Origin: Paragordius varius
Taxonomy: Eukaryota > Animalia > Nematomorpha
Assembly: GCA_964247055.1 (NCBI GenBank)
Contig: OZ176055.1
Location: 6,634,001-6,698,000, forward strand
Length of the DNA stretch: 64,000 nt
Direction: 5' to 3'
The first letter of the stretch is position 1. The number at the start of each line of letters is the position of its first letter. The translations under genes and the position numbers were made by a program. This document shows positions 22,073 through 36,500 of this stretch, piece after piece. The notes below the pieces were generated by a model. It was given only the letters and a program-made list of their open reading frames with translations, searched no databases and had not been told where the DNA came from.

Positions 22073-23005
22073 CTATTTAAATGATTTATCCAAATGAAGG
22101 GATTCAACCGTTTTATCCAAATCTGTTTCGTACATCATTTCATAAAGGGTTTTGATATAATTTTCTTCTTCGGTGAATTCGGGACGACCAGAGAGTAAAG
22201 CGGCGCGCTGCAGTAAAAAAGTTTTAAAATTTGGAAATTTCAATTTTATATGGGAAATTAAATCAGGATTAGCCTTAACTATAGTAACCATGGCATTAAT
22301 AATATGTTCATGCGATATATCATGTTCCAAATCAATAAAATTATGTATGAGCCGTTCCAACAACGGTTTGCAATCTAATTGTGATTTGAATTGTGAATTC
22401 TCCATAGCCATATACAAGGTTAATAATGTGGCTTTAATGCGAATCTTAGATGTTGTACTTTGAAGACAGTTAAGTAAAAATGACAATCCATCTTCTGTAT
22501 TGATAAACTGATCCTGAAGCGTTTCATTACCCCTAAGGAGAGACGATAAGGCATAAAGAGCTTTGATTTTTGTATCATCATGACTACTAGAGGATTTTAT
22601 TATAGATATTAATTTGTGGAGTATATTTAACGATTTTGTTGAGTTTTGGCAATCAACATGATTTTGAACTAATTCAGATATAAAATCACAGGCGCTTTTT
22701 TGTAAGTCTTGATCATGCATATCAAGAATTTGGGATAAGTATTCCATCCCACCCATCCCAGTAAATATTTTTGCTTCATCATAATTTTCAATTAATTCCA
22801 TAGTTTGGGGTAGAAACGTTTTTAGTTCCGATAAACGACTAGGATTATGCATTATTTGATCAAATTGTTCGAGTTTTTCTCTAACAGCTTTAGCCGGATG
22901 ATTTTGCATTTTATCCAAGATATGAGCAAGGGCTTTGTTTCGTTCCTCATCCGTTTCTTTACCCTCGGGTGGATTTTTTGTATTTGGTACTGGGACTAAA
23001 GCCAT
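22073..23005 (-). CDS. HSPBP1: Hsp70-binding protein 1 / Fes1-like nucleotide exchange factor (intronless, 310 aa)
   Basis: Single ORF with ARM-repeat-type motifs: ELIENYDEAKIFTGMGG, ACDFISELVQNHVDCQ, KIKALYALSSLLRGN, KIRIKATLL. Confidence 0.88.
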   Translation of the reverse strand: MALVPVPNTKNPPEGKETDEERNKALAHILDKMQNHPAKAVREKLEQFDQIMHNPSRLSELKTFLPQTMELIENYDEAKIFTGMGGMEYLSQILDMHDQDLQKSACDFISELVQNHVDCQNSTKSLNILHKLISIIKSSSSHDDTKIKALYALSSLLRGNETLQDQFINTEDGLSFLLNCLQSTTSKIRIKATLLTLYMAMENSQFKSQLDCKPLLERLIHNFIDLEHDISHEHIINAMVTIVKANPDLISHIKLKFPNFKTFLLQRAALLSGRPEFTEEENYIKTLYEMMYETDLDKTVESLHLDKSFK

Positions 23006-23068
23006 GACAAGTTAAAATATATTATTTGTGCGCATAGTTATACCCATCTGACTTCCATCTCATTTGAA
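23006..23068. promoter_or_regulatory. Putative bidirectional promoter, HSPBP1/NACA (63 bp ATG to ATG)
   Basis: Divergent start codons at 23005 and 23069; contains TAGTTATACC (23035-23044). Confidence 0.55.
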
Positions 23069-25254
<2,186 letters not shown>

Positions 25255-26369
25255 ATGGAAGACTATTGCAGGAAACACTATTATACCTTTTCTTATGTGC
25301 ATTCTCGTTAAAATCATGTATTTTTTCTCATGAACATAAAGCTATACTTTGACTTATCTTATTCACACATTAATTACCCAATAAATTTGTTTGTATATCT
25401 TTTATCTCTTACAAATCATTTAATGTTTTCTACAAAGACGTTACGTTACAATTAATATTTAAAATGGGTTACATTTTTTATGAATCTCCTATAAAAAAGT
25501 GTTGTTTTGTAAATTATAACTATTAAAGTCCAAAACCCATATTTCAACACAATATAAAGAAACAGCTGATTTTAAAATAAACTTTGGGTATAATGTAATT
25601 TAAAAGCTTTTCATTGCTACTTAACATTTTATGACTATAATATACATTTATTTGCCTGTTTGATTAATAAACAAATTTAAACAAGAAATGGGCGGCGAAT
25701 AAGTTGAAATTAGGATTTTTTTCCGATTTTGGGTTTTTAAAAAATTTTTTTTTGAATCACACATCAAAAAAGGCATATTTTTAAATTTGACCCATTGCTT
25801 TTAATTTGAATTTTAAATGGTCCGGGGTATAAAACTACCCCTAAATAATGAAGCGGCGTATAACAAGCAAGTTTATTTTTATTTAATAAAATTATAATAC
25901 AGTGGATTCACCCATGAGATTGTAAATATAAGCAGCGTATATTTGCCAATCAGCTCATGGTGATCATTATGCACTTTTCCGTTTATATTTAGGTCCTCGT
26001 TATTTTTTATTCGCGCAATGAGTGTAATATTTAATAAGCCAAAAACAGTATAAATTATTAATTTTTGAATATATTTGTAAATAAAACACACACATATATA
26101 TATATATATATTATTCGTAAAACCTGAATAATAAGTGAAATTTAATTTTAACTCTCAAAAAAAATCAATGTGCGGATTATGAGCTAGAACAAAATGGTTT
26201 AAATTATTTTTTCTATATAGTGTGAGATTCTAATCAACAAATTTTATTAATTGGGTACATACATAGTTTATTTAGATATGAATACGAATGTTTGTACCAA
26301 AAAATAAAGTTAAATCAACCTTATTTAAAATTAATAAAAAAATTTAAATATATAACAAAACCAAAATAT

Positions 26370-27009
26370 TATGTACAGGAAAAAAGCCTACAATTATAAT
26401 AGAAGGAGTAGAAATAGAAATAGTTAAATAGTTAACGTTTTTGGGCGCAATAATTTCAGAGGATGGGTCTTCAACTCCTGACATCAGAAAGAGAATAGGA
26501 TTGGGCAGAGAAGCGATGACCAAATTAATAAAGATTTGGAAAAACAAAAGCGTAGGAGTTGAAACCAAAAAAAGATTACTCTACTGTTTCGTTCTCCCGG
26601 TCACCACATATGGATGTGAAGTTGGACTCTCAGAAAAAGAGACAAAGAAAGGCTCATGGCTTTTGAAAGGAGCTGCTGGCGTAGGATGCTAGGATACACC
26701 TGGAAGGATAAAATTAAGAATGGAAATCTAATTTCAGAAATAAAACCTAAAACAAACATACTGGGAATAATTCTAAAAAGAAAGTTAACATATTTTGGTC
26801 ATGTCATGCGATCGAATTCTCTGGAGAAAGATACAATGTTTGGGAAGGTAGAAGGGCAAAGGAAACGAGGCCGACCACCGATGAGGTGGTTTGATATGAT
26901 AAAAGAAGAGACCAAAATGACACTGAAAGAGCTCAATATAGCGGTTAAAGATAGAAAAAAATGGAAAGAAATAGTTAAAACTATATCCAAAAAGTCGTTT
27001 ACGACTTAG
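26370..27009 (+). mobile_element. 5'-truncated RTE-clade non-LTR retrotransposon (RT C-terminus; one stop, one frameshift)
   Basis: FLGAIISEDGSSTPDIRKRIGLGR...TYGCE / AFERSCWRRMLGYTWKDKIKN / KRKLTYFGHVMR / GKVEGQRKRGRPPMRWFD are typical of the RTE 3' end. Confidence 0.9.
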
Positions 27010-27362
27010 GAAAAACCAACCAGCTAATTTTATTACAACAATATATCGCTGGCTACTTTTGAACTTTTTTGGTCATCCACAACAGTGTCTTTCATATGCC
27101 AGTAGTAATAAAATTATTTTGTTTATTAAAACCTTTTTTTCCACAAATTATATAACTATTTGTAATATTTAAAAATAAATGTTAGACAATTATACCAAAT
27201 TACTTACCTTGTAATTATAATAAATCATATGTAGTTAATCATTAAATAAAACGACCATCAACATAAATTAAACGCTTTTAGAAATAATATAATTTCATAT
27301 TAATAATTAATTCCCAGTATCATATCAAATATATACATTTATTTAGCTACTTATAATATGTA

Positions 27363-30300
27363 TTATAGCGTTTTAAGGTAATCACAGTAGGTGTTAAAGG
27401 ACACTTGTGCAACATTTTCACAAAATTCTTGGTCTGAGCCCTCAACAAACTGTTTCAGACTTATGTAAAGTGGTTTAGTTGGATCATATTGATTCCTACG
27501 GTTTCGTTTAAGGAAACCATGTCTTTCCTTTATCCTAGATGTGCGGGCCGTTAAAATATTTGGCCAATGTAGGATAGTGGATTTGGGTATGTGCATATAC
27601 AGTGTTAGATAATTCCAATTGGTCACAAGACGTTCTCGTCCTAAAACAACGTTAAAATGAAGGTCATTTATCAAATAAAGTTTAAAAAACGACCGTCATG
27701 TTAAAATTATGGATGTGAATCAAAACTGTTTATTCGTTCATAGGGTAATTGATATTCTCTTAGAAATTTATAAAAATCTAATTACACTGGACAACAAATT
27801 TTTCTGCCACTCGAGTTTTTTGCATTTTCCGATATTTAGTATCATTTTAACAGTAAATCTGAAATAAAAATTATAACTCATTGGAAGAATTTTGTATATT
27901 TGATTTTTTTGATTATGCGCCCTCTTTATCAAAATTTTACTAAAAAATGTTTCTCTTTAAAATTATACAAGTAATGCCCATTTGTAATATATCATTCGAA
28001 AGAGTAATAAAAACTCTATAAAATGCATATTAATATTTATTACATCGACAGTTAATATTGGACACAAAGAGCGACAAACGCGCGAAGCGAGAGAATTTTT
28101 TTTAATTATTATATTTGTAAATTAATGGATGAAAATAGCTCAAACTTGATGGTGATGAATGTCCAAAAAAAGATTACACAAGAAAGTTTTTTTGATTAAA
28201 ACATAATTAATTGCTTTTAGGTCACTCAAAACAGCCATTTTTAAGTTTTTTGTTTTTTAAAAATTATCATCTAATCCAGTGATACTCAAACCGCGGCCCG
28301 CGGGCCGCATGCGGCCCTAAGAGTGTTTTAAAATTGCCCTATGGCCATATTGATACTAAAATTATTTTTTTTATTTATGAAATTTTAAAATACACATAAT
28401 CGGATTTTCACTCATTTTAATATTAATTTATTTTATTTAGATTAATTTTGGTAATTTTTATTTTTACCCAATTGTAAACGTAGAAAAATTTCCCTGCATT
28501 AAAATGATTTCAAAATTTTGGAACACGTTGTTTTTGTTTCTGCATTCTATTTTCTTTTACATTTTAAAATTATAGCATTCTTTTTTTGCATTTTAGCAAT
28601 CCTTTCACCCAATGCATATACTTATTCTTTTCATTGCTATCCTGCATCATTTTATATAACTCACATCATTAAATTTTAATCTGTTTTTTTATTGCATAAT
28701 TCAAATGTACAAAATATTTAAACATAAATTCAAAGGATGACATCTAATGCTAAAAAACGTAAATTATCCGATGATAATCGCTCCTTTTAAAAAGAGAATG
28801 GGAAGAAAAATTCTTTGTCGTTTTAAATTAAAATGTCACCTGCCTTATATGTAAGGGTAACCTAATTATACAATATTGAGAAACGAAAATATTAAAAGAT
28901 TTAGGAATTATACCAGGAAGAAAAATCTTTTATGTCCATGGCTTTCTTACAGGAAAAGCTGTAACATTAGCTTCGTATGAAATTTGCTATTTAGGAAAAA
29001 ATATGAAACCGTTTACTGATTGCCAACTTATAGAAGAATGTCTAATAAATGGTTGCAGTTTTTTATTTGATAAATTTATTAATAAAGATCAAATCATGAG
29101 CCAAATTAAAAAACTTCAACTTTCTGATTCAACATGCGATCGAGGCATTATCTAAATATATTTATTGGCTCTGAAAAACTGTAAATATTTTAGAATTGCT
29201 ATTGATTGAGCACTGATATTAGTTCAGCTCCACAGTGTGCGCTCTGGTGAGATTTTGCAACGACAACATAATCAACGGGGAATATTTATTTTTTTTACCA
29301 ATATGTAATACCACGAAAGAGAGTGATTTTCTCGAATAATTAGCACTTTTTTCGATAATAATAATACTAATTAAAAAATGGTTTCGATCTGCACAGATGG
29401 CTGTCCCTCTATGATTGGAAACAAAGGATTTACTCCTCTTTTGAAAAACAAATATAATTTGCTAAATATTTAATCATTTCACTGCTTTATTCATCAGCAA
29501 AACCTGGTTTCGAGTGTAAAAATGAATACTCAATTCAGTAATTTAAAGGGTTGTGGATATACTAAACCACAGGGACAGAGAATTGTGCCGTAAATTCAAA
29601 AACCATTTGAAAGATATCCACGTGAGTTTGATGATACTCTCTTGTATACTGTTAGATGGTTAAGCCTTAGCAAAGTATTATATAAATTTTTTGTTTTAAG
29701 ACATGAAATATAATTTATAAATGATAACAGAAAGTTTGACGAGGAAATTAATAGTGACAAATGGTGGGAGCAACCTAAGCATTTCGGCTTTGATCAGGTG
29801 CTATCATTGAAAAATTCGTAGATTTTATGATTCCAATATGGAGGCTATATTCAAGGAGAATCGTAAATTAGATATATTTGTAGAGTTTTTTTGCCAAATA
29901 AATATGAAAATATAAATGTGCTCAAGTTATCCTAACTGTTTTCCCTACGCTTACACGTTTGAGACGGCATAATTAAAGATGAAGTATGTCAAGAATACAT
30001 AGAAATCGCTTAACCGATGATCATATGGGCGACGTATTAAGATTGGCCTGTCATGAGGCTAAACCAAATTTGTCAAAAATTATTGGTTATATCAAAATAA
30101 ATGTTGTTATCAAAATATTTTAATTTTATAAACTTAATGGTGAAAACGAGTTTTTAGCTGAATTACATCCGCAAAAAAATCATTGTGCTGATTTAAAGTA
30201 TATGTGCATATGTGTCAAATATCTATATGATATTTGCCAGTATAAAGTTCATGGCCCTCGAAAAAAAAATATATTTAATTTGGCCCGTGAAATTATTTTG

Positions 30301-33300
30301 GTGAGTACCACTGATCTAATCTATATTAATTTATTTTCTTTACGAGGCTGATAATTTCGAAATTTTAAAGATAAAAACAAAGTTTAAGGTATTTTCAATC
30401 TTTTATAGTCATTAAGTGATAAATTTACAGCAACTATGCATATTAGTATCCATTAGGTAAAATATTTATGATAATAATAATTTTTAGTAAAAAAGCAAAC
30501 CAAAAGCTTTTTCAAACATTTTTTTTTAAATTAAATACTAGTATAACCCTAATAATTATATTAAAATAATTTATATGGTTTTCAAATTTATTTGTCTGTG
30601 AAAATTCTTGACTTATTTAAAGATTGAAAATTTCGACCATTTAAATCCAAATAACTTTTATATCCGATTGATTTAAATGACTTACTACCATTTATAAGAT
30701 GCAGTTTTTTGCGCTCTTTTGAATGATATAAAATACATGGCTTCATATATATAACTTTTAATATTCGAAATTTCGAGTTTAATGTTAAATCGGGGCAAAA
30801 ATTATCGATAAACTCTAATATAAAAAAATTCTTGCATGCTAGACCAATTTTCTTTTCAGATATACTAATTATGTACTTTAATGAAATAAATTTCAAATTT
30901 ACAAGAATGGCAGTTAAAAAAGTTAAAATTTGTTGATTAGTTTTATCCTAATACTGCTTTAATAAACATTAATGTACAGGCTATGCTAGAAAATATATTT
31001 TAATAAAATCAAATAGATAAAAAATATATAAAAAAATTGTATTAAAAAGGGAAAAAAATGGTACGTTTCAAACCGCGGTTCTAATTTAAAAAACGTTTAC
31101 CAAAAATCTAATGGCTTTGATTACTTAAAAACAGCTCCGGTTTAGATCACGGATGTTAATTTTGATATTTTTACAAAAATAAAAGATAAAAAATAATTAG
31201 TACGAACCCTTTTATGTAGGTTTATCGCTTTTACCCTTAAATACCATACGGTTCAAGCGTTTATTTGCTTATTTAAGAATATTTTATCCTTATACTGATG
31301 ATATTTAATTTAATATATTAAAATACTTACCTAAAGTGAACACACTCGGGTATTGTTTGAATGCCGTTTGTACCTCATCCTTGGACATGTCAAATTCTTT
31401 ATTGCATGTTAAGGCATTTAATTTAATTAGCTGGAAATCGTGTTCTATGATAGAGGGTAAACCCAAAAAAGCTTTTCGCACATCTTTTGCTGTAATGTCA
31501 AACAGTTTTTGAATCTTACCTAAAATTAATAATTGTGTAATAAACTACATGATTAGAAATTTTAAAAATTTTTACGCGTATATCGGTAACAGAATGTTTC
31601 CTAGAGAGTGAATTCAAAATCTATTGAATAAGGAAATCTTTTTATTTTTTAAGTATAATTTTGCCTATATAAGACAGCATATTTTAAAATATTTTTTTGC
31701 AAAAAATATTCCGTTAATTAATTATATTCTTAGATAATTCAAATCTAAAAATTTGAATATATTTTCGCCTAAACCTATTCTTAGTCAAAAGACAGAATCA
31801 AAAGTTTAATCCATTATGATATTTATAGAAAAAGATTATTTATCTTATTATTTAAATAATTCTTTATTCATATTTTAAAAATAACTTAATTGAAACGCCT
31901 ATTTTGGGGTATGAAACCGGAACGAGGTTGTTTCTCAAAAATTTATAAATGGAACCTGAATAGTTATTTTGAAGCGGTATCAAAGGTTTTTTTATTCAAA
32001 TTGAATTAAAACTTTCATGGAAACCAAAATTTTACTAAATTTTTTAAGAGGTTTGTGTTATAATTTCAAGACTAAGAACTTAACAGTGAAATGAACGAAA
32101 ATGTAAAAGTACAAATATGTTGATTGATCTTATAATATATAATTTAAATTCATAGGAAAGTTTAAACTTCAAAAAAACTCTTATCAAGAATATGATTTTT
32201 CCACCATTAATGTTTGGTTCTTTGAATGATTTTGTTCAAATATTAATATATAACTTTCGTTATCACATTAGAAAATACTATGGACCTTGTTTAAATATAA
32301 AAATTTAATTTGTAACTAATGCCAATAAGTAATTTATAATAAATATTTAGCAGCGTATGCCAGCCAAAGAAACAGGCCATTTCAACAGAGATATATTCAA
32401 AAATATTAAGACTTCTTTTGGTTTTAGTTCCAAATATTATAAACGGTTACAAAAAAACTTTGCAGGCTTCGATTTTATTTCAAGTGATTCCATTTAACTT
32501 TGACCAGTTTTGATTTTAATAATGTTATATTAATATAATACATAGATCACAAAATTAATAACACACACTTGTGATTTCAATCAAAAATAAAAAACAAGAC
32601 ATTTTTTAACCCCTGTAAATCAGTGATTATCAAACCGCGGCCCTAAAAGTGCCTTTTTGTGCTAAATGTTTATTATTTTTTAAGCATTAATTCTAAGTAT
32701 AAATGTCTGCATATGTTTCATAGATTCATTCAAAAAATTTTTTGGTATTATATGATGCACGGCCTAGAGACAAAAAATATTTTATTTGGCCCTTAAAATT
32801 TTTTTGGTGATTACCACTGCTTTAAACGATCCCGTATCCATAAAATTAATATTACTGTTTTAATCAGTGGGTTAATCTAAAATTTTATATATCTTTTCGA
32901 TCTGCCGGTTAATTATATTTTTGTAAGCGAAATTATATTTCTTATAACATAAATATCAATCATACCCAATCTTCCATCCAGATCAGTGGTAGTTAGGTTC
33001 AAAACTGTGGGAAATTTTGTTATGAGGTAAGTTATGTCAGCTTCACTAAACTTTTTGTGCAATAAATAATTTATTCGAATTTTTAAATCTTCCAAACTTT
33101 GCTGAAACAAATGGGGATTGTTGGTAATTATATGGCCAAAATCTAAGGGTGACACATTACACCCTATCAAAAATGCTAAATGAGGTTTGATATCCCGTTC
33201 ATAATCGTATTGAATAATTTTTATGGGAACATCCGGTAATTTATCAAATGCAGATAAATTTACTCCCATAATCAGGAGCTTTTGTAGGGTAACATTCTCA

Positions 33301-33461
33301 TAAACAAATTTTGCAAGGTTTGCGGATTTGTTGAATGGTAATAATTCATATGTAATTGGAGATGATGGATTTTCAAATCTCAATTCGATGGTATTTTTTG
33401 AGGACTTTAAGCTTGATAATAACTTGCATGAAGTGGAAAAAATATTTTTTAAATTTAACAT
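27363..33461 (-). CDS. MTERF3: Mitochondrial transcription termination factor 3; exons 33461-32966, 31519-31331, 27640-27363 (320 aa)
   Basis: TLQKLLIMGVNLS, YDYERDIKPHLAFL, ITNNPHLFQQSLEDLKIRINYLLHKKFS, LDGRLG; C-terminus IKERHGFLKRNRRNQYDPTKPLYISL...FCENVAQVSFNTYCDYLKTL* matches the MTERF3 end. Confidence 0.92.
27785..30945. mobile_element. Second copy of the 16949-17835 element, opposite orientation, split by a hAT insertion
   Basis: Starts CACTGGACAACAAATTTTTCTGCCACTCGAG; collinear reverse-complement match to 16949-17835 on both sides of the hAT element. Confidence 0.75.
28277..30313 (+). mobile_element. Decayed hAT (SPIN/Charlie/GTF2IRD2-like) DNA transposon, about 2.0 kb
   Basis: TIRs CAGTGATACTCA / TGAGTACCACTG; perfect 8-bp TSD ATCTAATC (28269-28276, 30314-30321); subterminal GCGGCCCGCGGGCCGCATGCGGCCC; transposase relics KRKLSDDNRSF, ICTDGCPSMIG, HCFIHQQNL, VRWLSLSKVL broken by stops and frameshifts. 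Confidence 0.92.
32621..32819 (+). mobile_element. 199-bp MITE derived from the hAT family at 28277
   Basis: Same termini, CAGTGATTATCAAACCGCGGCCCTA ... TTTGGCCC...GGTGATTACCACTG; flanks CTGTAAAT / CTTTAAAC (6 of 8 match). Confidence 0.8.
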
Positions 33462-33515
33462 CTTTCTTTCACATGGTATAACTAAAATATGATCGTCGCG
33501 TAGTAGTGAGTAAAA
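33462..33515. promoter_or_regulatory. Putative bidirectional promoter, MTERF3/PP4R3 (54 bp ATG to ATG)
   Basis: Divergent start codons at 33461 and 33516; contains GGTATAACTA (33475-33484). Confidence 0.55.
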
Positions 33516-36500
33516 ATGTCAGATGAATTTCTTTACCGTGTAAAAGTTTTCAAGTTGCTCGGTGAACAAAAGCAATGGATTGATAAGGGCATGGGATATG
33601 TTAAATTTTGTAATCAAATAACGGTAGATGGAAGCGATATATATAAGTTTATGGTGCTGTCAGACAAATCGAACGGTAACATTTATTATAAGGGTTTTAG
33701 ATTTACTAATCCTTGATCAGCCTATAATAAGGAATATTTTATTTGCAAAGCAAGATCAAACTCTAATATCTTGGACCCATGAAAAAGAAGATATTTCATT
33801 GAGTTTTCAAAGTGAAAACATTAGAAACGATATTTTTAACCAAATTGTAGAGGTACAACCATAAATTATATAATTTTTAGTATCAAAAATTATTGGATCA
33901 AACAATTGAACTAGATGCTATTAAAAATAAATTGAATCAAAATGAAAACAACTCATCTTTGCTGCCAAACACGCTCGAATCTTTTAGCCCTAATAAAAAT
34001 TATTTTGAGGGATTCGAATTAGGAACCACCGAGGATATTAAAGTATCCCCTAACTCTGATTCTGTAATGGAGGAAATAAAGGCATCCGATTCCCAGCAAT
34101 CTATTCTGCCAAACCCAAATATTGATAAATATGAATTTAATGATCATGATGATAATAGTGATCAAATTGAATCTACATCATATACCCGAAAAATATCGAG
34201 TGTCTCTAAGTATCCCTCTCTGAGGCGTATGCGCTTAGCTGCAGCATCAGAAAATTCCACAAATTTATCTTCTAATATAGATCAATTATCTGCCCAAAAA
34301 TCAGTTATAACTCCGAATCCAGAATCAAACGAGGAAAACGTTTCAAGATTTTCTGAACGTATTATAACAACATCCAAAATTAATTTTTCAACAATTTTTA
34401 TATCTCATCAACATCATACTCAAACTACCATAAATTGTTTGTCCGATAAAGTTTCGGATATCGAGAAAATTGATAAAGATTTGGATTCGGAATTAATTAA
34501 AGGTGAATTGATTATTTTCATATACCATAAAATATTTAATTCCAACATTATTTTTAGATTCAATAAAAATTATTTTAGCCGTGATTCAGGTGTACTATCA
34601 TTTTTTATCGCAAAATTTTATTTATCCAGTTTGTAAATATTTTTGGTTAAAAAAATAAAATAAGTCTAGACAGGCACCGATGGTTACATTGTGGAGAGTT
34701 GAGTGCGTTATAGATTTCCAAAACTATTTAAAAAAATAATTTATAAACTGCATTTTGCCATTTTAACTCAATCAAATTATACCGAAAAATTTAATTAATT
34801 TTATTCATAATCTTTTTATTAATCCAACTAATTTATTTAAAATTTTATACTACATTTTGCCATTCAATAACTAATACTAACTTAAAATTTTTTTAATGAA
34901 CTTTATGAATTCAAAATTTTCTAGCAAATTCGGAAGATTTAGCTGGCGAGGAATCTGACGAGGGAGAAGAAATTGAGGATGTGGACGACGAGGAAGAGGA
35001 CGAGGAGGAGGAGGAAGACGCCCTCGAGGATACAAATGAGGAATCATCAGCTGATAATGCTAACAACACAGCTGATACATTATTGTTGTCGTCGTCGTCT
35101 GCTCTACATTGTGATGACAAAAATGATTACCTATATGGTAATAATTTTTTATAATGAGAAAAACCAACCATATTTAATTTTAATATCTTCGTTGCCAAAT
35201 TGTATAATATTGAATTTCAAATTCGCTGTTGAAAATTTAAAATTAGCATTTATACTGTTGAATTACCCTTATTTCGTCTTTGAAACTTAACCCTGAACAA
35301 TTTGAATCCATCCTTATAATGAATATATTGTTTTAAGGTTAAATTCATTTATTTGGTACACAGAAGGAGTAATACCCTAGAATCTAAAAAAATTTTTATG
35401 GTGAATTTAATGTTTGAGGGTAAATTTGAAATCTTGAAGGATGAAAATGAAATGTTCAAGGGTTATTTGAATTATTCATATGTGAAATTAATATCAACAA
35501 CTCGAATCATTGTCTTTTTTGGAACTGTATGTCGTGAAAAAAACGGTCTCAAAATCTGTTTTATAACCGGCAAACTACGAAAAATATGATTTTTTTACAC
35601 TTTGTTGACCTTTTTTATCATTGTTTTTTATTGCACCTGAAAAGTAAAAATATTTACAATCGAGGAAATAAAGATAAATTTTTGGTTTATTTAATTGAAA
35701 TAATTACATAAATTTAAAAATGGAACCGAAATCCGAAACACTTGACCGAGAAATAATTGGAATCCGAACTTTTTATTGTTATCGAACGATTCTAGTTTCA
35801 ATTCCTGATATGAATATACAAGGTTAGAATAACTAATAAAACGAGCAGGGAAATCGCTTGAATTATTTTATTGGCCTAGTCTTGCAGTTTTTGTATAGAA
35901 CTTAAAGTTTTTCCTAATTTTTTAGTTACTTAAAATTAGGGGAATTATATAAAAATTATTTTTTGAGTAAATCTTAAATTTTGTTGACTTTATACCATAT
36001 TCATTTTTTCCGATTCCAAGTTGTTATAATAGATATATGAGTTATTAAATTTGTTTGTTTAATAATGGACAAACTTTTCTACCCCATACGATACTGTATT
36101 TTATTTTATTAATGCAGACAATAATGACGATGAAGATGATGACGAAATAACCCTATCTTTGGGCTGTTCCGATAAAACTACGTCATCCCTTTATAATACA
36201 CCTAATATTAACACTAATAATACATTATCATCACTAAGCTTGCATTCTACGCTAACTCATAAAATAAACACCACTTCTACCATTCAACAAAATTCTTCGT
36301 CTTCTATACTGCTAAATACCACCAACAGTCATGCTGCTAGTGTTAAATCATTACTGCTACCCGAATGTACTATCGCTAATTTAGGGGCCATTGAAACAGT
36401 TATAGCGGATCATGTCGGGTTTAGCGGTACACCCGGTTTCCATGCAATCCAAGCCGGGAAACGTGAGAATTTAGCTTCGGCCCTTGAGTCGACAGGGTAT

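Noticed and set aside
22173-22463. Antisense or alternative-frame ORFs overlapping real exons (e.g. 22173-22463, 23089-23316, 34911-35120, 36716-37042, 38050-38310, 43468-43689, 44991-45314, 51243-51425, 58661-58876)
   Set aside because: Shadow ORFs of GC-richer coding exons; no recognisable motifs.
34558-34589. Extra PP4R3 mini-exon between exon 3 and the acidic exon
   Set aside because: Every acceptor and donor combination I tried breaks the reading phase.
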